A program made the translations under genes and the position numbers. The notes beneath the pieces are model-generated. The model had not been told where the DNA came from. It saw only the letters and a list, made by a program, of their open reading frames with translations, and searched no databases. Shown piece by piece: positions 9,241 through 17,726 of a stretch of DNA of 51,153 nt (the first letter of the stretch is position 1; each line of letters opens with the position of its first letter). The DNA is from a virus (lineage: Duplodnaviria; Heunggongvirae; Uroviricota; Caudoviricetes): IMG/VR virus record IMGVR_UViG_3300025000_000056. One strand, written 5' to 3'.

Positions 9241-9406
9241 TAAGTTCCTTGATTGGATCGTCGATGCCTTAACTTCTCACCGGAAGTGCTCAACCGTTCA
9301 GTGTCATGTTAATTTTGACGGTGAATGCTGTTACGTTGCAATGTCTCCAATCGACTGTCTCGATGCAAATCGACCAGATCATAAACCAGGGTGGGTAATA
9401 CCATGA
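9233..9406 (+). CDS. Small Cys-rich protein (57 aa; not in the ORF track)
   Basis: GTG after AGGCGG; MLNKFLDWIVDALTSHRKCSTVQCHVNFDGECCY...; ends in an ATGA overlap with the next gene. Confidence 0.55.
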   Translation: MLNKFLDWIVDALTSHRKCSTVQCHVNFDGECCYVAMSPIDCLDANRPDHKPGWVIP

Positions 9407-10044
9407 GTTTTAATATTAACGATGATTATATGAGTGACACTATGATCCAAAACACATGGGATTGTGAACACTTTGGACGTTGTATCAATAGTTCAAAGTG
9501 TTTAACGTGTGGACCGACGCAGCGGATGCTTTCACTACCCGAAGACAAGGCTCGTAAAAAGGCTCAGAACAAAGTTCAACAGGCTAGAATCAATCCAAAC
9601 TTGCCTCCTGAGGAGTCTTGGAAGCAGCTTGAAAAACAAGTCGTGGCAGAATTTAAGGCCGTACCTACGCTTAAAGAGTATGACAACACTCATCGCACGC
9701 CTGGTTCTGGTAACCTCTGGTTTGCTCCGGGCGATGTTGTTGATGATGTTGTGCTTGCAGAGTGCAAAGAACGCGGTACCGTTACCGCCAGGGGAGAAAA
9801 GACTATCTCAATTCCAAAGCAGCATTTAGATAAGATCATGGAAGAGTCTAAGGGCTTTGGGTATCCTGTTTATATCTTTCGTTATAGTAAATCTGAAGAT
9901 ATTTACTTTACTCAGAAGTTCGAAGTCTTAGTTGAGATGGTTCATGAAATCAAAGTCCTAAGACGTGAGCGTCTTCGACTAGAAGAAAAGGTTCGACTAC
10001 TCGAAGAAGAAATAAGGAGGCTTAAGTCTAATGCCAGTTATTGA
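9403..10044 (+). CDS. Hjc-like PD-(D/E)XK Holliday junction resolvase/endonuclease
   Basis: RTPGSG...PGDVV...LAECK motif; N-terminal Cys cluster; C-terminal coiled coil. Confidence 0.7.
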   Translation: MSFNINDDYMSDTMIQNTWDCEHFGRCINSSKCLTCGPTQRMLSLPEDKARKKAQNKVQQARINPNLPPEESWKQLEKQVVAEFKAVPTLKEYDNTHRTPGSGNLWFAPGDVVDDVVLAECKERGTVTARGEKTISIPKQHLDKIMEESKGFGYPVYIFRYSKSEDIYFTQKFEVLVEMVHEIKVLRRERLRLEEKVRLLEEEIRRLKSNASY

Positions 10045-10216
10045 TGAGGAATTTATTCGATGCAGTGAATGTGAGAATCCTTACTTTAAACAGGAAGAAC
10101 GATTGATCTTCCATAAAACCATTAGAGAACGGGATGATCCTCATATTGAACTACCAGCTCTTGAAAAAGTTTACGTTTATAAATGTATCAAATGTGGTAA
10201 CGAACTTCCAAAGTAA
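10031..10216 (+). CDS. Small zinc-ribbon protein
   Basis: CSEC...CIKC; RBS AAGGAGG. Confidence 0.65.
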   Translation: MPVIDEEFIRCSECENPYFKQEERLIFHKTIRERDDPHIELPALEKVYVYKCIKCGNELPK

Positions 10217-10266
10217 TTGTATTAACCAATACAAAATAACTGCAACTGTAACTTGGAGGAAACGAA

Positions 10267-12507
10267 ATGAAAGACTATATACTACCGCAAAACTATCCTG
10301 AGGTAAGGATATCTGAAAATGCTTTAACAGTACTTAAACGACGCTATCTTAAAAAAGATAATGCCGGGAATAGTACTGAAACACCTGAGGATATGTTTTA
10401 TAGAGTGGCTAGGGTCGTGGCTGAAATCGACACAACTTATGGAGCTACATCTACTCAAGTAGATGATCGTACTTATGAATTCTATACTGCCATGGCTAAT
10501 ATGGATTTCTTACCAAATTCTCCTACTATGATGAATGCAGGACGCGAACTCGGTCAGCTTAGTGGATGTTATGTAGTACCCGTTGGTGATAGCATGGAAG
10601 AAATCTTCGATGGTATCAAGAACGCTGCGATCATTCATAAGTCTGGCGGAGGAACCGGTTTTAGTTTTACACGGTTACGAGCTAAGAATTCTGCTGTCAA
10701 ATCAACCGGAGGTGTAGCGTCGGGTCCTGTAAGTTTCATGAAAGTATTCAATGCGGCCACCGAAGCAGTAAAGCAAGGCGGTACTCGTCGTGGAGCTAAT
10801 ATGGGTATACTCTCTGTGCATCATCAAGACATCGTTGAGTTTATAACCTGTAAACATGATAAGACTCAACTTAATAACTTTAACATCAGCGTAGGTATCA
10901 CAGAAGAATTCATGCAAGCCGTATTTAATAACTCAGACTATAACATGTATGACAACAAGGGTAATATTGCTGGTACTAAGAATGCCAACGAGATTTTTAA
11001 CTTAATTGTTGATCACGCATGGCTTAATGGAGAACCCGGTATTATCTTTTTAGATAAGATTAACGCTGCCAATCCAACGCCGAGTTTAGGGGAAATTGAA
11101 TCGACCAATCCTTGTGGTGAACAACCATTATTTTCCAATGAAGCATGTAACCTAGGATCACTTAATTTAGCTCATTGCGTAGTGGATGGTAAGATCAATT
11201 GGATCAAGGTTCATAAGCTAACTCGTTTAGGTGTACGATTCTTGGACAATGTAATCGATGCTAACCAGTATCCCTTACCGATTATTGATGAGACGACGAA
11301 ATCGAATCGTAAGATTGGTCTCGGAGTCATGGGTTTTGCCGACATGCTAATCCAATTAGGAATTGCTTATAACTCACCGGAAGCTGTAAAAACTGCTCGA
11401 TCTATTATGGAATGTATTAATCGAGTAGGCCATGAAGAATCTGAAGCCATCGCTAAGGAACGTGGAACCTTTCCTAATTGGGAAGAGAGTATTTATTATC
11501 CGCATCATCCTATGAGAAACGCTACAATCACAACGATCGCTCCAACCGGTACTTTATCAATCATAGCAAGCGCTAGTAGCGGAGTAGAACCATTGTTTGC
11601 ATTAGCCTATACTAAGACTGTCATGGATAAGGATGCTCTAGTTGAAGTCAATCCACTCTTTGAAACAGAAGCTAAAGCAGGTAACTTTTACAGTGAAGAT
11701 TTAATGGCTTGGGTTGCTAAGACGGGATCACTTAACGGTATTGACATTCCAGTACCAGATGCTGTTAAGAAGATCTATGTTACAGCGCAGGATATGTTAC
11801 CTGAATGGCATGTTTATATTCAAGCAGCCTTCCAGGAGTTTACTGACAATGCTGTGAGTAAGACGATTAACTTTCCGAATTCCGCTACTAAAGAAGAGGT
11901 TGCTGAAAGCTATAAGCTGGCCCATAGCTTGAACTGTAAAGGCCTTACTGTCTATCGTGACGGATCTCGTGATGAGCAGGTCTTGACCATAGGATCCGTT
12001 CAAGCAACGGAAACCATTGTCGATTCTGACAACGTCAAACCAGAAGTTACACCAAGACCAAGACCTGAAACCTTAACAGGTATTACTAAGAAGGTTAAGA
12101 TCGGCTGTGGAAATTTATATGTCAACGTTAATTCCGATGACTATGGTATTACCGAAGTATTTACAAACACCGGCAAGGCCGGAGGATGCTCTGCTCAGTC
12201 CGAGGCAACCTCGAGACTTATATCAATAGCCCTTCGATGTGGCATATCAATTGATACGGTTGTAGAACAACTTAAAGGTATTCGTTGTCAGGCTTGCGTA
12301 CGACGTGAAGGTGTTGGTGTAACGTCGTGTCCGGACGCTATTGCTCGAACATTAAAGCAATACTCTAAGAGTATTTCAGTTAGTCAAGTAGAGCTAACTG
12401 AAGTCATTATACCAAGTATTAATATATGTCCAGAGTGTGGTCAGAGTATCAACCATGAGAGTGGATGTGTCACTTGTACTCATTGTGGATATTCAAAGTG
12501 TGGTTAA
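10267..12507 (+). CDS. nrdJ: Class II (B12-dependent) ribonucleotide reductase with fused TSCPD/zinc-ribbon C-terminus
   Basis: FLPNSPT, GQLSGC, GGTRRGANM, TNPCGEQPL, CNLGSLNL, TIAPTGTLS, VSKTIN, VYRDGSR; C-terminal TSCPDAIA and CPEC...CTHC. Confidence 0.96.
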   Translation: MKDYILPQNYPEVRISENALTVLKRRYLKKDNAGNSTETPEDMFYRVARVVAEIDTTYGATSTQVDDRTYEFYTAMANMDFLPNSPTMMNAGRELGQLSGCYVVPVGDSMEEIFDGIKNAAIIHKSGGGTGFSFTRLRAKNSAVKSTGGVASGPVSFMKVFNAATEAVKQGGTRRGANMGILSVHHQDIVEFITCKHDKTQLNNFNISVGITEEFMQAVFNNSDYNMYDNKGNIAGTKNANEIFNLIVDHAWLNGEPGIIFLDKINAANPTPSLGEIESTNPCGEQPLFSNEACNLGSLNLAHCVVDGKINWIKVHKLTRLGVRFLDNVIDANQYPLPIIDETTKSNRKIGLGVMGFADMLIQLGIAYNSPEAVKTARSIMECINRVGHEESEAIAKERGTFPNWEESIYYPHHPMRNATITTIAPTGTLSIIASASSGVEPLFALAYTKTVMDKDALVEVNPLFETEAKAGNFYSEDLMAWVAKTGSLNGIDIPVPDAVKKIYVTAQDMLPEWHVYIQAAFQEFTDNAVSKTINFPNSATKEEVAESYKLAHSLNCKGLTVYRDGSRDEQVLTIGSVQATETIVDSDNVKPEVTPRPRPETLTGITKKVKIGCGNLYVNVNSDDYGITEVFTNTGKAGGCSAQSEATSRLISIALRCGISIDTVVEQLKGIRCQACVRREGVGVTSCPDAIARTLKQYSKSISVSQVELTEVIIPSINICPECGQSINHESGCVTCTHCGYSKCG

Positions 12508-12519
12508 GGAGATGAATCT

Positions 12520-12762
12520 ATGTTAGTAGACGATATTATCGAAAATGATGAAGAGCCAACTATGTTGACTACGATTACCGAAGCACAACTTGCGGGAGTT
12601 TATAGTTTTGCCTGTAAGAATTGTAAACGATGCATACCGAATGTTTTTGTTAAGGGTCGTTATGAGCTATGTGATCTCTATAGGATCCGTGCTGAACTTG
12701 AACCAAGTGTCGTATTGATCGAAGCTTCTAAGGATACGTTAACGAATTGTCCCTTTAGTTAA
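12520..12762 (+). CDS. Small Cys-rich protein
   Basis: CKNCKRC...C...C; RBS AAGGAG. Confidence 0.55.
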   Translation: MLVDDIIENDEEPTMLTTITEAQLAGVYSFACKNCKRCIPNVFVKGRYELCDLYRIRAELEPSVVLIEASKDTLTNCPFS

Positions 12763-12768
12763 AGTATA

Positions 12769-12800
12769 AAGGTGTATCACCGATTAAAGTGATACACCTT
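12769..12800 (+). terminator. Stem-loop (terminator or processing site)
   Basis: AAGGTGTATCAC/GTGATACACCTT perfect 12-bp stem; no clear U-tract. Confidence 0.55.
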
Positions 12801-12825
12801 ACAAATAACCGGAGGTTAAATCCAT

Positions 12826-13200
12826 ATGATTAATTTACATCCTACCATAAGAAAGCTTCAAACTCATCTAGATACAACTATTTTAGATCATCATGATATA
12901 GAGCTTTTTAGTACGGTTATTTCATCACTTAATGCCATTGAAGTTGAGATTAATAATCTTAATGTCGATCTTAGTCATCTCAGAACTATAGTTAATCAGG
13001 CTTCACCAAGTCAGGATCTATCAATTGGCATAAACGTTGCTCGCCACGACGAAATCTTACGAGTTCTCATTAGTCGACAAGAAAAGTTTGAGAAGTCTTT
13101 AGATAAGCTTTGTGATGTTATCTTCTCAAACTTAGACAGGGTTCAGATTAATCAAAATGTCGTTCTCGATACCGTTAATGTTACGAACAATTTAACTTAA
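12826..13200 (+). CDS. Hypothetical coiled-coil protein
   Basis: RBS GGAGGT. Confidence 0.6.
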   Translation: MINLHPTIRKLQTHLDTTILDHHDIELFSTVISSLNAIEVEINNLNVDLSHLRTIVNQASPSQDLSIGINVARHDEILRVLISRQEKFEKSLDKLCDVIFSNLDRVQINQNVVLDTVNVTNNLT

Positions 13201-13213
13201 GGAGAGTGTTACT

Positions 13214-13489
13214 ATGTTATTTAGAAACAAGTCCGGTAAAATGGAAGAGGTCAAGGCTAAACAAGCAAAGCAGAAAAAGAAACTTGATTCAACTTTATCA
13301 GTATTTACAAAGACTCTAAATCAATTAGTTGAAAGTCGCGTTGAAATGCTTGCTGTTGTGGATACTCACCAAGCTTTGATTGCAGAATCTCAAGAGACGA
13401 TTGCTGCAGTCGAGCAAGATCTCGTAATGATTGACAACGTTACTACTAACCTTCGCAATATTCTTGGCACTACGCAGGCAGCAAAGTAG
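13214..13489 (+). CDS. Hypothetical coiled-coil protein
   Basis: RBS AAGGAG. Confidence 0.6.
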   Translation: MLFRNKSGKMEEVKAKQAKQKKKLDSTLSVFTKTLNQLVESRVEMLAVVDTHQALIAESQETIAAVEQDLVMIDNVTTNLRNILGTTQAAK

Positions 13490-13490
13490 T

Positions 13491-14006
13491 ATGAGTCGAC
13501 TAACATGGGATCAGTACTTTATTGAAATGGCTATCACAGCTACGCTGCGTCGAACCTGTATGCGACGCAGCGTAGGAGCTGTATTAGTTAAGGACAATCA
13601 GATTATTTCTACAGGTTATAATGGATCTCCATCGGGTTATCCAAATTGTGTTGATCAAATGGAATGTATTCGAGTAACCAAAGGAATACCATCCGGAGAA
13701 AGATTAGATCTCTGTATTGCGGTTCATGCAGAGATCAATGCCTTAGACCAGGCGTTAAGACGTGGTCTTCCTACTATAGGTACAACACTTTATTGTACGA
13801 CCCTTCCTTGTGAGCGATGCGCAAGAACGATTATTAGATTAGGCGTTAGTCGCGTAGTTTATATAGGTCATTATCCAGGTACTAATAGTTTAGCACTGTT
13901 TAAAGTAGCCGGTATTCAAACCGAATGTATAGAGAGAGGAGAGATGCCCTATGAAACAGATAGATATGCTAAACAAATGTATAACATTGATCAGCCAGAA
14001 CGGTAA
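13491..14006 (+). CDS. dCMP deaminase
   Basis: TWDQYFIEMA, RSVGAVLV, STGYNG, HAEINAL, TTLPCERC; start 13491 follows the upstream stop. Confidence 0.93.
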   Translation: MSRLTWDQYFIEMAITATLRRTCMRRSVGAVLVKDNQIISTGYNGSPSGYPNCVDQMECIRVTKGIPSGERLDLCIAVHAEINALDQALRRGLPTIGTTLYCTTLPCERCARTIIRLGVSRVVYIGHYPGTNSLALFKVAGIQTECIERGEMPYETDRYAKQMYNIDQPER

Positions 14007-14571
14007 ACTAACAAATTATGAATCTTTTGAAAAGCTTATGGATTATATGGCTGTTAAACTAAGTCTTGATAACGAAGCCATCTATACATTACCGCAAGTC
14101 GTCGCTGATACATTAGACGGAGGCCTCTTGGACTGGGACTTATTACGGTCTGATCCATGGGATTGGCTCGGCGAAACGTATAGTCAATTAGGTCTTTGTA
14201 ACTTAGCCTTGAGTCAGTTCTTCACGCCGCGGGCCGTCACTGAAGCGATGGCACAGATGACATTATTTGATTGTAAGCCTCGTACCGATAAGTTACCAAT
14301 TACTATGCTTGATCCCTGTGTAGGCTCTGGTCGCATGATTTTATCAGCTCATAAAATCCTAGGCGATGAAGCTATTTACTTTGGTGTCGATCTTGATTTA
14401 CATAGCTATCGTATTGCCTTAATTAATATGGCCTTGTATAAGATACCGGCTTTCTTACTTAGGGCCGATAGCCTTGTGAGCAATATTGATTTAAACTCAG
14501 AGAATTGGCATCAAGCAAATCTCTGGTATCCAGGAAACATCAGTAAGTTATCCAAGAAGGAGAGTGTTTAA
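13951..14571 (+). CDS. N6-adenine methylase (HsdM-like) SAM-binding protein lacking the NPPY/F motif
   Basis: DWLGETY, QFFTP, LDPCVGSGRM, GVDLD; ORF ends with no motif IV. Confidence 0.75.
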   Translation: MKQIDMLNKCITLISQNGKLTNYESFEKLMDYMAVKLSLDNEAIYTLPQVVADTLDGGLLDWDLLRSDPWDWLGETYSQLGLCNLALSQFFTPRAVTEAMAQMTLFDCKPRTDKLPITMLDPCVGSGRMILSAHKILGDEAIYFGVDLDLHSYRIALINMALYKIPAFLLRADSLVSNIDLNSENWHQANLWYPGNISKLSKKESV

Positions 14572-14794
14572 TGTGGCCCAATGTTTTCACTGTGGCTATA
14601 AGGGTAACGTCGTTAACTTTCAAGAGCTTAGCTTCGATGGCAGACCTGTGTCTACTGTTTCAGGTAAGGCTGTCTTCAACGATGATGGATCCATCGGACT
14701 CACTCCTATCCCAAGCAGTACGACGATCACGCTTATATACCTCTGCCCTGAATGTGAAGAAACGGTAAGCGTAAACGATGTATTAATCGAATGA
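14564..14794 (+). CDS. Small zinc-ribbon protein
   Basis: CFHC...CPEC; RBS AAGGAG. Confidence 0.6.
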   Translation: MFNVAQCFHCGYKGNVVNFQELSFDGRPVSTVSGKAVFNDDGSIGLTPIPSSTTITLIYLCPECEETVSVNDVLIE

Positions 14795-14808
14795 TGTCGT
14801 AATTTGTC

Positions 14809-14864
14809 TTGTTATTATGGACAGTCTAATGTATAATCCAGACATATTAGTAATATACTATGTC
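14809..14864 (+). promoter_or_regulatory. sigmaA promoter with a downstream palindromic operator candidate
   Basis: TTGTTA (14809-14), 17 nt, TATAAT (14832-37); GACATA-N12-TATGTC at 14841-64. Confidence 0.65.
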
Positions 14865-14890
14865 AGAATTAACATTAGGAGGTTACAACA

Positions 14891-15283
14891 ATGGCAGAGT
14901 TAGATTACCAGGGAAGTTATAATCGATTATTTCCAATGAAGATGGGTACCACATCGTTTCTCATGGTCTATATCTTGTGGATGTTATCCGGTCGAGAGAA
15001 CCTTTATGGTAAGCAGATCGTTGATGATATAACCACTAAGCTAGAATCAAATTGGAAACCTTCTCATGGTCTTGTCTATCCAATCCTTAGAGATCTCGAA
15101 AAATCTGGATGGGTTCACGGATTTTGGGATAATCAAGAGTCCGATAAGAAGACTCGTCGCTTCTATAGTATTTCTAAGGAAGGCCGTGAAGAACTTGAGA
15201 AACGTAAATTAGAATATCTACCAATGTTTGAAGCAAGTCTCGGTGTTCTAAACACGATCATTAAAGATGTTTACAACAGGTAA
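14891..15283 (+). CDS. PadR-family transcriptional regulator
   Basis: LYGKQIV, PSHGLVYPILRDLEKSGWV, RRFYSISKEGREEL. Confidence 0.92.
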   Translation: MAELDYQGSYNRLFPMKMGTTSFLMVYILWMLSGRENLYGKQIVDDITTKLESNWKPSHGLVYPILRDLEKSGWVHGFWDNQESDKKTRRFYSISKEGREELEKRKLEYLPMFEASLGVLNTIIKDVYNR

Positions 15284-15352
15284 TCCTGGCGAAAGCCAAG
15301 ATCATACTAGGGAACACCCTAGAGTCCACGGTGCGATGAAGGAGGAGTTTTT

Positions 15353-15478
15353 ATGACGCCAACTATCACCTGCCCCAAATGTAATTCTACGAACGTTGAT
15401 GTCGTAGACAAACAACGATTCCTGGAGAAATGTGTTTGTAAGGACTGCCAGGAGAAATTCAATGTTTCCAAACGGTAG
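15353..15478 (+). CDS. 41-aa zinc-ribbon protein (not in the ORF track)
   Basis: AAGGAGG RBS; MTPTITCPKCNSTNV...CVCKDCQEKFNVSKR. Confidence 0.75.
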   Translation: MTPTITCPKCNSTNVDVVDKQRFLEKCVCKDCQEKFNVSKR

Positions 15479-15492
15479 GTCGGCAATCGACC

Positions 15493-15527
15493 AAAGCCCC
15501 GATGATTAAAGTCATCGGGGCTTTTTT
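15493..15527 (+). terminator. Intrinsic terminator
   Basis: AAAGCCCCGATGA/TCATCGGGGCTTT 13-bp stem plus T6. Confidence 0.9.
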
Positions 15528-15574
15528 AATGTACGCGTAGCGCCTTCGGCAACTTATCTGTTACGGAAAGAGCT

Positions 15575-15612
15575 CATACACTAACATAGGACACAATGTG
15601 ACAGCATATTAT
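15575..15612 (+). promoter_or_regulatory. sigmaE-like (mother-cell sporulation) promoter(s) for the ftsK operon
   Basis: aCATAgg (15584-90), 14 nt, CATATTAT (15605-12) matches sigmaE geometry; a second consensus -10 CATACACT at 15575-82 has a weak -35; lies just after a strong terminator. Confidence 0.6.
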
Positions 15613-15630
15613 GTCCTAGGAGGTGAAATT

Positions 15631-16827
15631 ATGCAACAAAATCAATTCGTTGACAACGGCACAAGTCAAGAATTAAGTCAATCCCTACGTCGTTTGGTTT
15701 TACTCTGGAGAGGTCATGATATAGCATTAATTATTGAAGACGTAATTAAATTTAAGTACAACAAGACACCGATACCGCGAATCTTTAAGAAGTTTAAGTT
15801 AACTAAAACTGCTTGGGAATTCTTAATTAAACTACCAGCAGGCTACGCTTACAAAGATTTTAAAGCCATGGAAACATTATTCTCAGATGCCGTAGGGGAT
15901 GGTGCCGTTCAGATTAGCCGTCATGGTAAGGTGATTAAAATGTGTGTTTCAACTGAGAGACTTAAAGATTACTATCCATATAAGTTTGATCCAACTCTTT
16001 ATCCTAAGATGTATCTACCAATTCACTGTGGGTATACAGCGATTGGTGAAATTGTTAAGGACTTAAGTTCAATGGTCAATGTCTTGTGTGCCGGTCATCC
16101 GGGTTCCGGCAAATCAACCTGGATTCATTCGATTGCTATGAATTTAATTCACAACAACATGGTGAATCCTAAGGGTCTTGTGAATTTAGTCGTCATTGAT
16201 TTAAAACTTATGGAGTTTAAATATTTAGAGAAACATGCTTTGATCGTAACGCAAAAAGAAGACATCACGAATTTACTTCAATCGTGTAATCGTGAGATGG
16301 ATCGTAAATTAGCTATACTTTCTAAGGCCCGTTGTGTTAGGATTCAAGACTATATTAAAAAGGGAAATTCGATGCCCTTTACTGTAGTCATTGTCGATGA
16401 GCTAACAGAAATCTCTGATAATGAAGAAGCTCAGATCTTATTAAATCGTATTGCTCGCCTTGGCCGTGCGGCTGGCTGCCTGTTGGTATTCTCTACTCAG
16501 CGTCCCTCGGCTCAAACGTTTGCTAACTTCACAGAGACTCGTGCTCAGTTTCAAGCTAGTATGTGTTTTCATGTACGAGATGCTATGAATTCTATGATCG
16601 TTTTAGGTAATGAACTAGCAAGTCAGATTCCTAATAAGCCAGGTCGTGCAATATTTCAATATGATGATCAGCTAGAAACTCAGACCATGTGTCTGCCAAC
16701 TGATGATCCTGATAGAATGGAGGAGTTGCTTGATGCCATTAGCCCGCCCATCGTCCAAAACATACCCTTCTATACCAGTTTTAAATCAACCCGCACCGCA
16801 GAACTCCCAGTCCGTAAAAAGAAATAA
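15631..16827 (+). CDS. Soluble FtsK/SpoIIIE-family ATPase (coupling-protein-like)
   Basis: Walker A AGHPGSGKS, VIDLK, Walker B VIVDEL, RLGRAAG...STQRP, GRAIF; ATG 15631 follows GGAGGTG. Confidence 0.93.
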   Translation: MQQNQFVDNGTSQELSQSLRRLVLLWRGHDIALIIEDVIKFKYNKTPIPRIFKKFKLTKTAWEFLIKLPAGYAYKDFKAMETLFSDAVGDGAVQISRHGKVIKMCVSTERLKDYYPYKFDPTLYPKMYLPIHCGYTAIGEIVKDLSSMVNVLCAGHPGSGKSTWIHSIAMNLIHNNMVNPKGLVNLVVIDLKLMEFKYLEKHALIVTQKEDITNLLQSCNREMDRKLAILSKARCVRIQDYIKKGNSMPFTVVIVDELTEISDNEEAQILLNRIARLGRAAGCLLVFSTQRPSAQTFANFTETRAQFQASMCFHVRDAMNSMIVLGNELASQIPNKPGRAIFQYDDQLETQTMCLPTDDPDRMEELLDAISPPIVQNIPFYTSFKSTRTAELPVRKKK

Positions 16828-17521
16828 TCATATTCGATGTGTAAATAGGGATCGTGAAATCATGAAGTTTATTAATCAAGTCAAATACGCTAATACTGAA
16901 CAAATTAACTTAGTGAATTTTAAATCAAGTTCTATGAGGATGTGTCAAAGACGATTGCAGATCCTAAGTAAGTCAACGAAACGTCATCCAAATCCTCCGC
17001 TTAGGAGAGACCGGTATACAATCAATGAACCCTATTATTATTACAATGCGTCGAGTAAGAAATTAGATCAAATAGAACATATCTTAGGAGTTACCTGGAT
17101 TGTTACTTGGATGATTCATAAGCTCAGTGGCTGTGAGAAATTCTATAGCTTTGATCGTGAGGTTAAAGAGTATGAATCACAAGTTAGACTAAGACCGGAT
17201 GGTCTCATTGGGATTGAGAACCTCATGGAAAGGACGATTGATTTTACATTCATAGAATTTGATATCGAGGAGTCCGGTAATAAATTCTTGAAGGTTCCAA
17301 AGTATTGTAATCTTAAACTCTCTAAAGCCTATATGAAATCATGGTGGGTATCTAAAACAAAGTCGTTTCCTAGAATCTTAATCGTAACGACCGGTAATCC
17401 CAGAAAGATTAGAGATGCCATAGAGCGTGATAATTCAGAAGGTCTTGACTTTACTGTGGTGACACTCGATCAACTTAAGGAGGAATGTGGCTATGGGAGA
17501 AGCAGCCTACGTCATCTTTAA
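16733..17521 (+). CDS. Replication-relaxation (Replic_Relax-like) protein
   Basis: RDREIMKFI...EQI...CQRRLQIL wHTH, EHILGV, RPDGLI, FIEFDI, KVPKY; ATG 16733 follows GGAGGAG. Confidence 0.82.
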   Translation: MPLARPSSKTYPSIPVLNQPAPQNSQSVKRNNHIRCVNRDREIMKFINQVKYANTEQINLVNFKSSSMRMCQRRLQILSKSTKRHPNPPLRRDRYTINEPYYYYNASSKKLDQIEHILGVTWIVTWMIHKLSGCEKFYSFDREVKEYESQVRLRPDGLIGIENLMERTIDFTFIEFDIEESGNKFLKVPKYCNLKLSKAYMKSWWVSKTKSFPRILIVTTGNPRKIRDAIERDNSEGLDFTVVTLDQLKEECGYGRSSLRHL

Positions 17522-17726
17522 GCCAGGTGGTGAAGGATTTCCAATTATCGTTATTGTAATGCTTGCCTTTGTAGGATGGCTTGGTAAACAGATTGCTGGT
17601 TTTACTGAGAGTGGTAAGTCTGCACTCTTTGTTCAGACCCTTGTGACAATCATAGGAGTCGGTGTGGTTTTAAGAGCTGCTAAGGTTTTACTCGATGCTT
17701 TCTTTGCAACGGCTGGGTATAAATAA
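17493..17726 (+). CDS. Two-TM hairpin membrane protein, SpoIIIAC/AD-like
   Basis: Two hydrophobic helices separated by GK..A.FV.TL, as in SpoIIIAC; ATG 17493 is 9 nt after AAGGAGG. Confidence 0.55.
   Translation: MGEAAYVIFKPGGEGFPIIVIVMLAFVGWLGKQIAGFTESGKSALFVQTLVTIIGVGVVLRAAKVLLDAFFATAGYK

Noticed and set aside
10217-10260. Possible NrdR box upstream of nrdJ
   Set aside because: Only a 7-bp AT-rich inverted repeat (TTGTATT/AATACAA); it does not match the acaC(A/T)AtATaT(A/T)Gtg consensus
10267-12507. Intein or intron in nrdJ
   Set aside because: All motifs are contiguous at normal length; no splice-junction or homing-endonuclease signature
15279-15345. c-di-GMP-I riboswitch
   Set aside because: It has a GAAA-capped stem but lacks the GACGCAAAGC junction and the P3 receptor; kept only as an unknown structure
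15598-15630. Longer N-termini in the ORF track (15598, also 6148, 13431, 16703, 17487, 20560, 21018)
   Set aside because: Downstream starts have properly spaced RBSs or stop/start coupling
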